A stretch of DNA of 53,084 nucleotides, the filler included, from Stramenopiles sp. TOSAG23-3 (lineage: Eukaryota): NCBI GenBank assembly GCA_900128585.1. It is 4 parts of 4 records of this genome, joined end to end, with 100 filler letters (N's around TTAATTAATTAA, not from the genome) between each part and the next. Parts side by side here need not be neighbours in the genome. Positions count along the whole stretch, not along the records: positions 1 to 24,397 come from LT642304.1; 3 more parts are not named here. The stretch is one strand, 5' to 3'. A program made the position numbers and the translations under genes. The notes below the pieces were generated by a model. The model ran no database searches, was not told the origin of the DNA, and saw only the letters and a list, made by a program, of their open reading frames with translations. Positions within the stretch are counted from its first letter, which is position 1. Each line of letters begins with the position of its first letter. Positions 10,701-18,959 of this stretch are shown piece by piece.

Positions 10701-13700
10701 TTCCCTCAAAGATCGATCGTATGCTTCAAGCACAGATGAGATAGTATGATGAGAAACTGCTTCTGACAAGGATCCCAAAAGGTTGCTACTTTCCCAAAAT
10801 TGAGGGTTCAAGTATTCTCTGGGCGTCTCTCTGATTTTGCAAATTACTTCCCTTATCGTCAGGTAACCACTTTGTAATGCTTGTCGCACTATGTGTGGAG
10901 GCCACGGTTTCCAATCGTTCAACTCCACTGCAGTTTTTGTGCTGTAGCTCTTTTCAGGATTCCATGATGTAGAATGTCGTCCAAACCACGCTTCTGACAT
11001 TCTGTTTCTAGTAACAACCGAAAATGTGTTGCGAAGATGGTGCAGCAGACCTGACGATAGCAACATTTTGTGATCTCGGGACTGGTAATCCAAACACAAT
11101 GTATCCAACACAATTTGGCTTAAAGCTGGGTTTCTTGAGTAACCATCATTGGTTTGCTCTTTATAAACGTTAACAATCAAAGAGAACAAAAAATCAAACG
11201 TTTTCTTAAGATCTCCAATAGCACGAGTCGAGCACCCGTCTACGTTCTTCATGTAGTGATGCTTGCGCTTGATGGTCATGGACAAATATTCAATTTGAGA
11301 GCTCGGGGTCGCTATGTCTGCCGAGACGGACTGAGAATCGGTACGAAAAACTCCTGCTAATGATCTCCGCAAAGGAAGTAGGCAATCTACCACGGCTGAT
11401 GAAATGTTAATGTTACCAATTAAGTCAGCGAAATAATTTAATCCCTCGACTCGCTGCAACACACGGGCCGTGCGAATGTTGATAAGGAGTCTGACGAGCG
11501 TTGGGGCGGCTATGGCACCGTGCTGAGCATAGTTACTAACAGCTAGGCATGCAATTTGCAGAGGACTTTTCTGCTCGTTTGCTTTACCTTGTTCATCACT
11601 GGCAATATCCTCATCAGAAACCACTCCCATCGATGTATTCGCCAGCCCTAAAGTCTGAGCAACGTTGTTTGCGTAAAGATTACCTGCAAGTCCGGGGGTT
11701 AGATCATCGTTAAAATTTGCCGAATTAAGACTAAGGATAAAGCTGCATCGTTCCTCGACATGCCGACATAACTCCTCGAAAGACCGCGGGGCGCGAACCA
11801 TTGCTCGAGTTGAGTAATTGTCACTTCCTACCGTTTCAGCAACATGGCTGCCTGATAACTTTCGTTCTGCGCTGAACGAGCGAGTCTCTTCCTTTGTCTC
11901 TACGGCTCCAATACCCTCGTCAAAAATATCGCTCAAATTTGACCAAGTACCGCTCAAATTTGAACTCCGTCTCTGCTTAAAGGCACTTTCGCTTTTTTCG
12001 TCTGTAAACACAGGCGCATTTTCTTCCTCGGCTATAATTTGAGATCGCTCGCTCCAATCTATAGATTTCTGGGAACGCAACCAACCACGAAATATCCTAA
12101 CATTGGCAGCAATTTCGGAAATATTCTTTTTAAAATCCTTTGAATTTTCGTCCGACTCGAACACTTTTCCATTCAAATGATCTCTCAAAAGGGCCCACAA
12201 CCCCGATTGCCACAAAATTGCGGCCAGATACTTACGTTCCATCTTGGGAAAGGCACCCAATCGCTTTAAAAGAACTTTGTTCTTATATATCATACGGTCC
12301 ATTCCACCTTTTTTGTCCTGAAAATTTACCCATTCTAGAATCTTATTTGTGGAAGAAACTTTCAGCAAAAACTTGCCCGGCTTTTCTAACATGGTAGTTA
12401 CAGAATCTTCCAACATGGTATCTGCAGGCTTGTCCCATTGCGTTACATTTGTAGCTTTATTCCAGAAGTAGGAACGCTGAGAATCTGGGTCAATAAGTTC
12501 TTCCCAGGCAGAGTCGCCGGTCTCTTTGCTCGATGTTGACACCAAGTCAAGTTTAGGAACCGAAAAGAAAAGTTTTAAGGGTCTCGATGCTTCTCGAATC
12601 GCACGATAGACATCGTTCAAAGACAAAAAGTTGGAGTGTACGCTGACAGACGAAGAAATTTTTGTGAGTACATGCCCAGGATGTACTAGACCGCATTTCT
12701 CTAAAAAAGAGCGCTCGTTGAGCTCACTGCCAACGCGCCGAAAACCTCTCACGACAGCAACAAAATCCTCTCCCTGCGATTCCATAATGGACTCTTCGAA
12801 CATAATTCCAAGCTCACCAGTATGATGAACTTCCACGCTAAATTGTTCGTTCAGTTCATGTTCCTTCAAGCCAGCAGAAAATAGCGGCGAGGCCAACCAG
12901 GGATCCATCTCTAACTCTAAAGTTGTGTTTGGAACTCCAGACACGAGCGAGGATGCAAATAGGGAAGTACAACTAACAATTGTCTTTTCAAGGTCTAGCA
13001 AATAGGGAAGACAGGCAGTCCCACCGCTGTATCCGGCACCACGGACAGAAATTTCACTACCTTTATCTTCCATTGTGACGACCAGATGTATTGGATTTTC
13101 AGTATTGGTTACTCTCTCAACTTTCGTGCTGCCTTCAAACCCATTGCCCAAAAAAACACCATTGGCAAAATAGCTCAATGTGCCTGATTCCGTGTCTAGT
13201 TTCATACAGATAATATCACCTGCTTTCCCTTCATAATCCAATTGTCCTACCTTCTGCCCACCATACCACAGCGAGCCGTCTTTGACGTTCACGGCCCAAC
13301 AAGACTGCTGGTCTTCTACCCCAGCGTAAGAAACAGCTGATATGTAATGACACACGCCAATGTATATGCTGGCGGAGTTGATGTTGAATTCCCAGGCATG
13401 GAGGCCATGACTTACACCACTGGACGAGAAGACAGTCACGACCCCGCTCGTGTTGGACGTTACCGTTTGTTGATCATTAGTGGTTAAAATATCGTGATCA
13501 TCCTCGATGACATCTAAAAACTGTTTTGCCGTATTGTCTACGGGACGACTTTTCTCGACCTTAAACAATTTTGTTGAGAACCTTGGGGGGCTGGTACCGT
13601 TAGCAAACTTCTCTGTCGGATTATGTTCTTTGTCTATATCTGAGCTATTGTTCGTATAAAATGTTTTCTCCGCGTTCTTGATATGAGGTAAAGACACGTT

Positions 13701-16187
13701 TAAAGCATCGAGCTGCTTAATTGTGTCGACAAGGTGAGGGACAAGCATTTTGGATAACCAAAGTAAATGAAAATTTAAGCATGCTTCCATAACAAAGGAA
13801 GGGAGAAGCTGCCGAATTATTGATTTTTGTAATGCAGCATCAAGGTCAACGCGCGACAGCTTTGCGCTCTTCGCAGTCTTTAAAATGACCTGGGCATGTT
13901 GACATAACAACTCCCCGTATATAATCGTGACTCGCGATGGAGCAGTGTACCTTGAGGATTCACGGCTGAACAAGGCCATGAGGTGCCTTTGATAATCCAT
14001 TAGGAGTTTCAACGCGCTATCTTGCAAATCTGTGCTCGGTTTCAGTGAGGCGCCTGTCAACAAGTCTACGGTTCCATCCACACTAAAATTGAACAGTGTG
14101 GCTAACGGACCAGCGTGCTTTCTGGCATCTTCTTCGGTACAAAATTTATTTGCCTGGGGGAGGCTGTTGACAATGCCACCCTTAAATCTCTTCAACATGT
14201 TCGCAATAAGCTGCTGTTTCCCAGGGCTAAGCTGGTCCAATTCTAGCTCTTCGTTATCCTTGAGTACTTGCGTCAATACGCTAACGCGCTTTGCTTCCGA
14301 GGAGTAAATACACTCGAATCCTTCCGAGAACGCACCGGCAGCTTTCAATTGAATACTTTTCGGCAGAGACGCGTCCGCGGTAATCCTTGAGAGAGTGTTC
14401 GCCAAATCCTGTAAACAGTTTGCTTCGAAACCAACGCTTGCTGGATTTACCATAGAAATTCTAATGCGTCGAAAAGATGCGTTCAACAGGGTCAAGATTT
14501 GCTCTTTAAAGGTATCCTGTTTAAATTTATCCTGAAAGCCACCGCTCGCTAAAGCCGGGTCTATCAAAAATTGGTTGCACAAATAAAACGTCTCAACACA
14601 ACCTTCAATGCAAAATGGTACCTCCAAGTCCAGGTCAGCAACTTGGAGATCATTTTCTAAAGGCCAGATATCAAAAAGCTCTGTAGTTTCACAGAGCATC
14701 GCCATGAGGTATTCAATCACTGTACATTCACTTTTATCCCCCTGTATCTCTGCTATCCTCAACTTTATTTCCGACCGTGGCTCCCGCCCCTTTGCACGTA
14801 CTTCATTCAGAACTGTAGAAGAGACCGTATCCCAGTGCCTGCGTATGTCCTTAAAAAAGCTGCTCCACGCACCATCTTCTTCGGTAACGGGTGTTTGGCT
14901 GTACAAAGGGTTTGTGCCGGACTTTATGCACGCTTTCACAAGGTGCAACACGGTGCAGAAAGAACCGCCTAATCTTACCAGCATCATCAGCGCTTTGATA
15001 GCATCTGAATTCGACTCTGTATTGCGGTTTGTGGAGCAGATTTCGCTAAGCCAAGTGTGAATGTCGCTGATTATGCGACGTCGGTTACTCGTGCAAGGGC
15101 GATCCGTACTGCCCCATAGTTGAAAATTGCAAATCCCAACTGGGAGATAATGCGTTTTTCGGTTTGGGTCAGCAGTATGCTTACATTCCAATTTCACATG
15201 CGTCAACATGTTCCCCTCCAAGGAAACGACAGTTTTTCTAGTTATGTACGGCTTTTGAAGTGTGTAGACGCGAAACCAAGACGTCCCATCCGAAGAAACC
15301 TGGACCGATATACTTTCAGGTAGCTCTGACGTAAAAAAGAACTCCATGCTTTTTATAGCAACCGGCTCGCTCCCTTTTACACGAACCACAACTTCGCTTT
15401 TGACCCGGTTGCGCGCGGGGACAAAAACCATTCCTGGCAATTCCTTTTGCGAAGCTTTCCATTTTCCAGGTACACATAAATGCAATGGCAAATTTTCGGA
15501 AATTTTCCCCGGCGCGGAATAAGGCAACACAATCGTTGAACGGTCGATGCCCGAAGACAGGGCCTGAACCGTGACCAGTTTTCGTTCACTGTCCATCGGA
15601 GGACTCCATTCAGAAAACAGAGAGAGCGCCCCTTTTTCCTCTGAGAATTTTTTCAACCAATTGCAAACGCTGCGCAGAGGCTTACGGTCGCAGTTACCCC
15701 CAGCGTGAATCTTCGTAAGGGAAGAAAGCATCCGCAAATTAAACTCAGAGAGTGGTTCAAGTGCAATTGTTGGCGCCGCTTTTCGGCGTGCTTTGTAACG
15801 TTTTGATTGATGTTGCCGTTCATCTTCAGTCAGATTCTGGAAATACTGAAGAATTTTTACACGCTTCAAAACGGTCCCTAAAAAGCTAGGAAGATTTCCT
15901 GAGCTGCACGTCAAGTCTTTCACGCACCTATTCAAGGCAGAATTTAGGCTTTCGTCTTCTTCTACCCCTGCCGCGACACACAGGCGCTCCTGAGATATTG
16001 CATTCTCCATAATAAGCCTCTCGTCCATAGAAATATCCACGTACGGCAGCTGAAACTTGATACGTTTGATCTCTGTTTCATGTTTTCTATAAATAAAGTC
16101 AACGACGTGCGCATCAAAAAGTCCAGAAGCATAGCTCTCCTTTGCAGACGCAAGCTCACCAACAGAAGACGAGCCGCTTTCTGCCAT
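4788..16187 (-). CDS. Giant HECT E3 ubiquitin ligase (3799 aa) with SPRY, PDZ-like, WW, IQ, UBA-like and RanBP2-type zinc finger domains
   Basis: C-terminal HECT (GEGLDYGGLYRD; FSWGRSRLP; catalytic LPIVHTCFFQVELPSYSS); SPRY ~13050-13440; PDZ-like ~12560-12845; WW (AWEELIDPDSQRSYFWNKATNVTQWDKP) ~12430-12520; IQ (VQSMYRRRQATR) ~10590-10650; ZnF (WACHKCTFLN...CLLC) ~8365-8442. Confidence 0.93.
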   Translation of the reverse strand: MAESGSSSVGELASAKESYASGLFDAHVVDFIYRKHETEIKRIKFQLPYVDISMDERLIMENAISQERLCVAAGVEEDESLNSALNRCVKDLTCSSGNLPSFLGTVLKRVKILQYFQNLTEDERQHQSKRYKARRKAAPTIALEPLSEFNLRMLSSLTKIHAGGNCDRKPLRSVCNWLKKFSEEKGALSLFSEWSPPMDSERKLVTVQALSSGIDRSTIVLPYSAPGKISENLPLHLCVPGKWKASQKELPGMVFVPARNRVKSEVVVRVKGSEPVAIKSMEFFFTSELPESISVQVSSDGTSWFRVYTLQKPYITRKTVVSLEGNMLTHVKLECKHTADPNRKTHYLPVGICNFQLWGSTDRPCTSNRRRIISDIHTWLSEICSTNRNTESNSDAIKALMMLVRLGGSFCTVLHLVKACIKSGTNPLYSQTPVTEEDGAWSSFFKDIRRHWDTVSSTVLNEVRAKGREPRSEIKLRIAEIQGDKSECTVIEYLMAMLCETTELFDIWPLENDLQVADLDLEVPFCIEGCVETFYLCNQFLIDPALASGGFQDKFKQDTFKEQILTLLNASFRRIRISMVNPASVGFEANCLQDLANTLSRITADASLPKSIQLKAAGAFSEGFECIYSSEAKRVSVLTQVLKDNEELELDQLSPGKQQLIANMLKRFKGGIVNSLPQANKFCTEEDARKHAGPLATLFNFSVDGTVDLLTGASLKPSTDLQDSALKLLMDYQRHLMALFSRESSRYTAPSRVTIIYGELLCQHAQVILKTAKSAKLSRVDLDAALQKSIIRQLLPSFVMEACLNFHLLWLSKMLVPHLVDTIKQLDALNVSLPHIKNAEKTFYTNNSSDIDKEHNPTEKFANGTSPPRFSTKLFKVEKSRPVDNTAKQFLDVIEDDHDILTTNDQQTVTSNTSGVVTVFSSSGVSHGLHAWEFNINSASIYIGVCHYISAVSYAGVEDQQSCWAVNVKDGSLWYGGQKVGQLDYEGKAGDIICMKLDTESGTLSYFANGVFLGNGFEGSTKVERVTNTENPIHLVVTMEDKGSEISVRGAGYSGGTACLPYLLDLEKTIVSCTSLFASSLVSGVPNTTLELEMDPWLASPLFSAGLKEHELNEQFSVEVHHTGELGIMFEESIMESQGEDFVAVVRGFRRVGSELNERSFLEKCGLVHPGHVLTKISSSVSVHSNFLSLNDVYRAIREASRPLKLFFSVPKLDLVSTSSKETGDSAWEELIDPDSQRSYFWNKATNVTQWDKPADTMLEDSVTTMLEKPGKFLLKVSSTNKILEWVNFQDKKGGMDRMIYKNKVLLKRLGAFPKMERKYLAAILWQSGLWALLRDHLNGKVFESDENSKDFKKNISEIAANVRIFRGWLRSQKSIDWSERSQIIAEEENAPVFTDEKSESAFKQRRSSNLSGTWSNLSDIFDEGIGAVETKEETRSFSAERKLSGSHVAETVGSDNYSTRAMVRAPRSFEELCRHVEERCSFILSLNSANFNDDLTPGLAGNLYANNVAQTLGLANTSMGVVSDEDIASDEQGKANEQKSPLQIACLAVSNYAQHGAIAAPTLVRLLINIRTARVLQRVEGLNYFADLIGNINISSAVVDCLLPLRRSLAGVFRTDSQSVSADIATPSSQIEYLSMTIKRKHHYMKNVDGCSTRAIGDLKKTFDFLFSLIVNVYKEQTNDGYSRNPALSQIVLDTLCLDYQSRDHKMLLSSGLLHHLRNTFSVVTRNRMSEAWFGRHSTSWNPEKSYSTKTAVELNDWKPWPPHIVRQALQSGYLTIREVICKIRETPREYLNPQFWESSNLLGSLSEAVSHHTISSVLEAYDRSLREAMESIWEDHLRLKKTEATKAAIMVQSMYRRRQATRRVEMMKQGEINASLRTGFSDYVLQGTGHEMRQLRRGAWAFFRFLATLLVGGVRDSEHSQIDSNMDQFSNTEAPSDEIIVSKSRRMSSKIFSLSAINDSIDLQKEIFDILESEFLISVDIFTRKDCKECEFVEAMEAESYVYSHLLFYTSVVRAKHIKIYLSKMEVLTAMCQLLFAGSPRIIGLTLGILKNILHCIDPLDMNKAFGQAGNRLQPGAMEMGMPTDKFDGNSFVSFLVWRSASIISHGSGLTCTHSIFDSIFKGIREAWSTGAGSGYVLARLSCECLSLLKEMTNWGKWTDTVRDFVYHILSRFSADGVLSVGSTYEDVEKSTLAGYAAVALGVMGGISDMLRIGGKVIVNGHENTEARTILYTRGMANALIVLKESVSAPPQLVPADSLIPTFDVLPKEGVFELKDGGDLAIKNKKIRRLSLMDGLISNKNINNQCHLLYLRSCAINALSFLLGHGPSAIVARDTKILSEMFAVALQPLDLSTFVTPERLSQRFRLLQEWGYEVMSKEGSSMLLKGESKVSLGNPREAKDHPSPVRENVQRDVMPRQSVEHLSLRTDIDNAVPSTRNVSQNVAKNRKVMDTAVDVWSMNETVYSLRLCIKAVKLTERNGEYDSHRASEWLKTEEAAKVKLTLSLEQTETSYEISNRWERASELSQVGASVKLCYHALELFGDDPVKAGDWLLMNGMPRYSKLDYYNASVENKPEDNDNPKSWACHKCTFLNEDLEAKECLLCTTPRKEEKVQKSPSAKPPFVKKNRFEGAWPGYEFKTGNEGLGYYLGSNYTSLPSENTAIPEGDAVVLSSINDEAEPLVLESSEENWAKGSKSIATKVMESLSTNESSIDDNSTTSDQVKLEHICTPVWKGMMLIVSDSIGHEKLVSGRLGVVVDVVTKKNKLRGGYKELESVKLEMLDQFTGVKTTRVYPVDRLKRPVQLFGGAMLGKFTVLNLLQSTADSLSSLFARKVILSTVLDLDQAFSVDDLGGPKNLVSLMKYVAATDDSFMEESLGKTKKMNNKSTLNKLRQRFIDILSAQALDDTLSSTQTLDDCLVSECIWNIRECTSPLSSNSDEENVVVRESLHPCWPRCTYTGEVSIDGAAAIRIEFDKEYTDEIWQHPQVELTFFTEKSCRVPIKKFNIRNAPRSFIIESKRVFYKFSSFYMDEKAISRNDSFRYKGFKFEASAVRGWGMWINEDQVTNIPSLNWALWLMAFLMGLDDAISAKIHEGELVGNLTEYLKTPSAPYKDRIVVLLTQLCQCPWLFDERPNLEIFDGVSEAVMARAEREHATHLFLPHSLPSLVELCMTINMTKLSFATNSNYKREPMNPKIDQGIPLDPPLELEEHRCMEYLSMLDRDTKPSREVIFADLINLVSCMSMNARLPDHLALCVFLHSRGNRYNTNTHRTRVERMVRSLSTWTPEMDAQLVHLLNNKMKRKGMNPLKCQPSELQISSAELRNYTKLQALNDLNIRQRFALLKLLNYFIDGLMAWIDFKNSAQPWSISAKLQKLSHTIFFVVKEKFLRSALDMTWGHEQGSGLKVCLDQLDSDKSERLGLSNPHKSKNLFIQLHSQLHAVSVFKLRSKLKTKNERGVQALFEVQYVLGEGLDYGGLYRDAMNTIVDQLFSKTFSLFILTPNGKSHDGLNQTNYLPNPQCTTRECIKMFETVGKIMGISLRTEGFFPFKFPLLVYKLLITDSISMSDVASIDHREESRPNENKFSMVDKIKRCPTEDSFEALPSTLCFEFLNCSGKKVPLFLGGEKKKVTWKNRSKYYHLYTQERVHEFDVQVDAIRRGLSCIVPFRALQYLTPSELEIAICGDADIDIDFWKAHTRYTGPGFSANSALAKRFWRVMGTLSHEQRVAFIKFSWGRSRLPSRNAREKWEFKLTTTNAKTSSLPIVHTCFFQVELPSYSSDSVMRTKIVTAIEYGLGAMMNK

Positions 16188-17279
16188 TGTACCTGGCAGA
16201 AGACCAAAAGAAACTGTAGTATACGCCGTGCCTTAAATGAGGGTGCAGATGTTGTGCCATGAAAATCAAAATGTTAGATGAACGACGACCATTTATGTAC
16301 ATTTTAACCTTCTATTCGGGCGATGACTTATTCAAAGAGACGACTAAAAACAATCTAAAATAAAAGATATCATCAAAAAAATTCTTCTTCTTTCTTCTTT
16401 CTTAAACTATTTTTAATATAATAATAATAATTAATAATTTATTTTTTTTTATTATCTAATAATACCAGGTTCGCTTGGTACCCGTACCTTTATAATAATA
16501 CCACCTGGACACCACCACATACTGTACACTACTACAACCTCGTATTCCACATTAGATAATACCAGGTACCTGGTATTTTAAATTAGCTGTGCCTCTCATG
16601 ATCTCATGATCATACTAGACTAAGAAATTATTTTTTAGTCTCTTTGTATTTATTTAGACGACTGTCCATTGTCCATTTGTATTTTATTTTTTTATAGGCA
16701 CAGCTCTTGTATTGTAATAAATACCTGTAAATACGAAGACAATTATTAAAATTCTAATATATTTTAGCACCATAGAAGTACCGGTAAAACGTTGTAAAAA
16801 ATAATACAATATGACTAATAAAAATGAATAAAAATAAGAAGATTCTCTGTAAAAAACTTCATCAACAACAACCGACCTCTCAAAAATCATTTTTAGATTC
16901 AGCGCATTTTTTATTATTATTTTAATAAATAAATAAATAAATATTCTTCTATTTCCAATTATTCCTTCTCCTCCTCCTCCTCCTTCCTCAGCTCTTTCCT
17001 ATCCACACAAAGATCCAAATTGCTACCGTACTACGGTATAATAATAACAACAACAAGAAAACAAAAAAAGAATAAAAAAAATAATAGAGAGAGTGATGAG
17101 TAGTAGTCGTCTACTCGTATTTTTATTTATTATAACAGGTACACCGACCGCCCCAACCGAACGCGAGACGACGAGGAATAACCGGCTAAGAAAGTATTAT
17201 AGTATGTCATGCGAACTTTTATTCGTACATCATTGATAAAGAAACAGAAAAGACATCAACGACAAAAGGAGAAGATTAA

Positions 17280-18320
17280 ATGGCCTTACAAAAGAACTAT
17301 TTTATACGCATAACAACACTCTTAGCACTTCTATTTTTTACCACAATGTCAAAGGCAAAACAACTTAACAGTGGGGCGACTATGCCACTTATCGGTCTCG
17401 GGACCTGGAAGAGCAAGGCGGGGGCGGTAGAGAATGCCGTGTTGGAGGCCTTGAAAGTAGGGTATCGCCATATTGACTGCGCTGCCGTATATGGGAATGA
17501 GAATGAGGTTGGGAATGCGCTTCAAACCGCTTTTTCTTCCGGGATTGTCGAGCGGAAAGACGTTTTCGTTACCAGTAAGCTATGGAATACTTTCCACAAG
17601 CCGGAGCACGTCGAAGCAGCCCTGAAAAAAACTTTGAAGGAACTGCAACTCGAGTATTTGGATCTTTATTTGGTCCATTGGCCGATCTCCCTTGAGTACA
17701 ACGGGCCAGACGACCACTTTCCAAAGAAAGAGGACGGCACAATGAACTACTCCAACGACTCTTACATCGAAACTTGGAAAGCGATGGAAAAGTGTGTCGA
17801 AGCGAAACTAACAAAGTCCATTGGGCTTTCAAATTTCAACACAAGGCAAATCACAGAAGTGCTTGAGATCGCGACCGTCAAACCGGCTGTGCATCAAATT
17901 GAGTCTCACCCGTACCTTATCCAATCGAAAATGATTGAGTTTTGTGTTTCAAACGATATTGCCGTGACAGCGTACAGCCCTCTAGGATCACCAGATCGCC
18001 CTTGGAGCCAGCCAGGCGACCCCACTCTACTTGATGACGAGCGGCTCGGTGAAATTGGAAAAAAATTTGGAAAGTCTGCCGCGCAGGTTTTGATTCGGTT
18101 TCAGCACCAAAGGGGGGTGATTGTAATACCCAAGTCAGTGACTCCGAGCCGCATTAAAGAAAATTTTGAAACCTTTGACTTTGAACTAAGCTCAGAGGAC
18201 GTCGAGTTTTTGAACTCCTTTGACCGCAACCACCGATTTTGCATTCCCAAAATTGTTGTCGATGGAAAGTCGGTGCCACGGGACGGCAAGCATGCATACT
18301 TTCCATTCAACGAGGAGTAA
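17280..18320 (+). CDS. Aldo-keto reductase, AKR1/xylose-reductase-like (NADPH)
   Basis: GLGTWKS, GYRHIDCAAVYGNE (catalytic D/Y), TSKLWN (K), LYLVHWP (H), IGLSNFN, IPKS. Alternative start at ATG 17346. Confidence 0.95.
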   Translation: MALQKNYFIRITTLLALLFFTTMSKAKQLNSGATMPLIGLGTWKSKAGAVENAVLEALKVGYRHIDCAAVYGNENEVGNALQTAFSSGIVERKDVFVTSKLWNTFHKPEHVEAALKKTLKELQLEYLDLYLVHWPISLEYNGPDDHFPKKEDGTMNYSNDSYIETWKAMEKCVEAKLTKSIGLSNFNTRQITEVLEIATVKPAVHQIESHPYLIQSKMIEFCVSNDIAVTAYSPLGSPDRPWSQPGDPTLLDDERLGEIGKKFGKSAAQVLIRFQHQRGVIVIPKSVTPSRIKENFETFDFELSSEDVEFLNSFDRNHRFCIPKIVVDGKSVPRDGKHAYFPFNEE

Positions 18321-18959
18321 GCGATCTCTAGAAAAAATCCGAGAGTTTCTTTTTAAGAATTCGAAAAGGGTCTCTTGAAGCTTTTAAAGATAAATTGGGG
18401 GTAGTGATGACTCGGTACACAATGTCATTCTCGGCCTAATGGGCTAACAAGTAATACTTCACTTTCTAAAACAACAACAGTAATACCGAAAATTACAATG
18501 AATATTAGCTAATCATCTATAATAATAAATAAATAACAAAAAACTTCTCTTCTTCTTACTTCTTTTTTTTTTCGTCGTCGTTCTTTTCTTCCTTTTTTTT
18601 CTAGCTGCTGCTATTCCACACTAGTACGGTATTACGGGAATATCGGAATAATAGTACTATTTACCTGCCTGCCGTCCTCCTCCTCCCCCTTCTTTTCTTC
18701 TTCTTTCAAGAAGAAAAAAAAAAAAAGGAACAACGAAGAAAGAAGAAGGGGGGGCGGGTGGTGGTGATTTTTATTATATTATTACTCTTCGTAAGGCTAA
18801 CTTTACTAACATTTTTCAGAGGTAGAGTTTGACTATCTCCTTCAACCAAATATCCGCGGGGCATTCCCTCGCGAGACTACATCAATATCCACCGGAATAG
18901 AAAATAAAAACTCTTGTTCAAAAAATTCAAGACACCCTTTTGGTTTCTTTTCACTCAGA

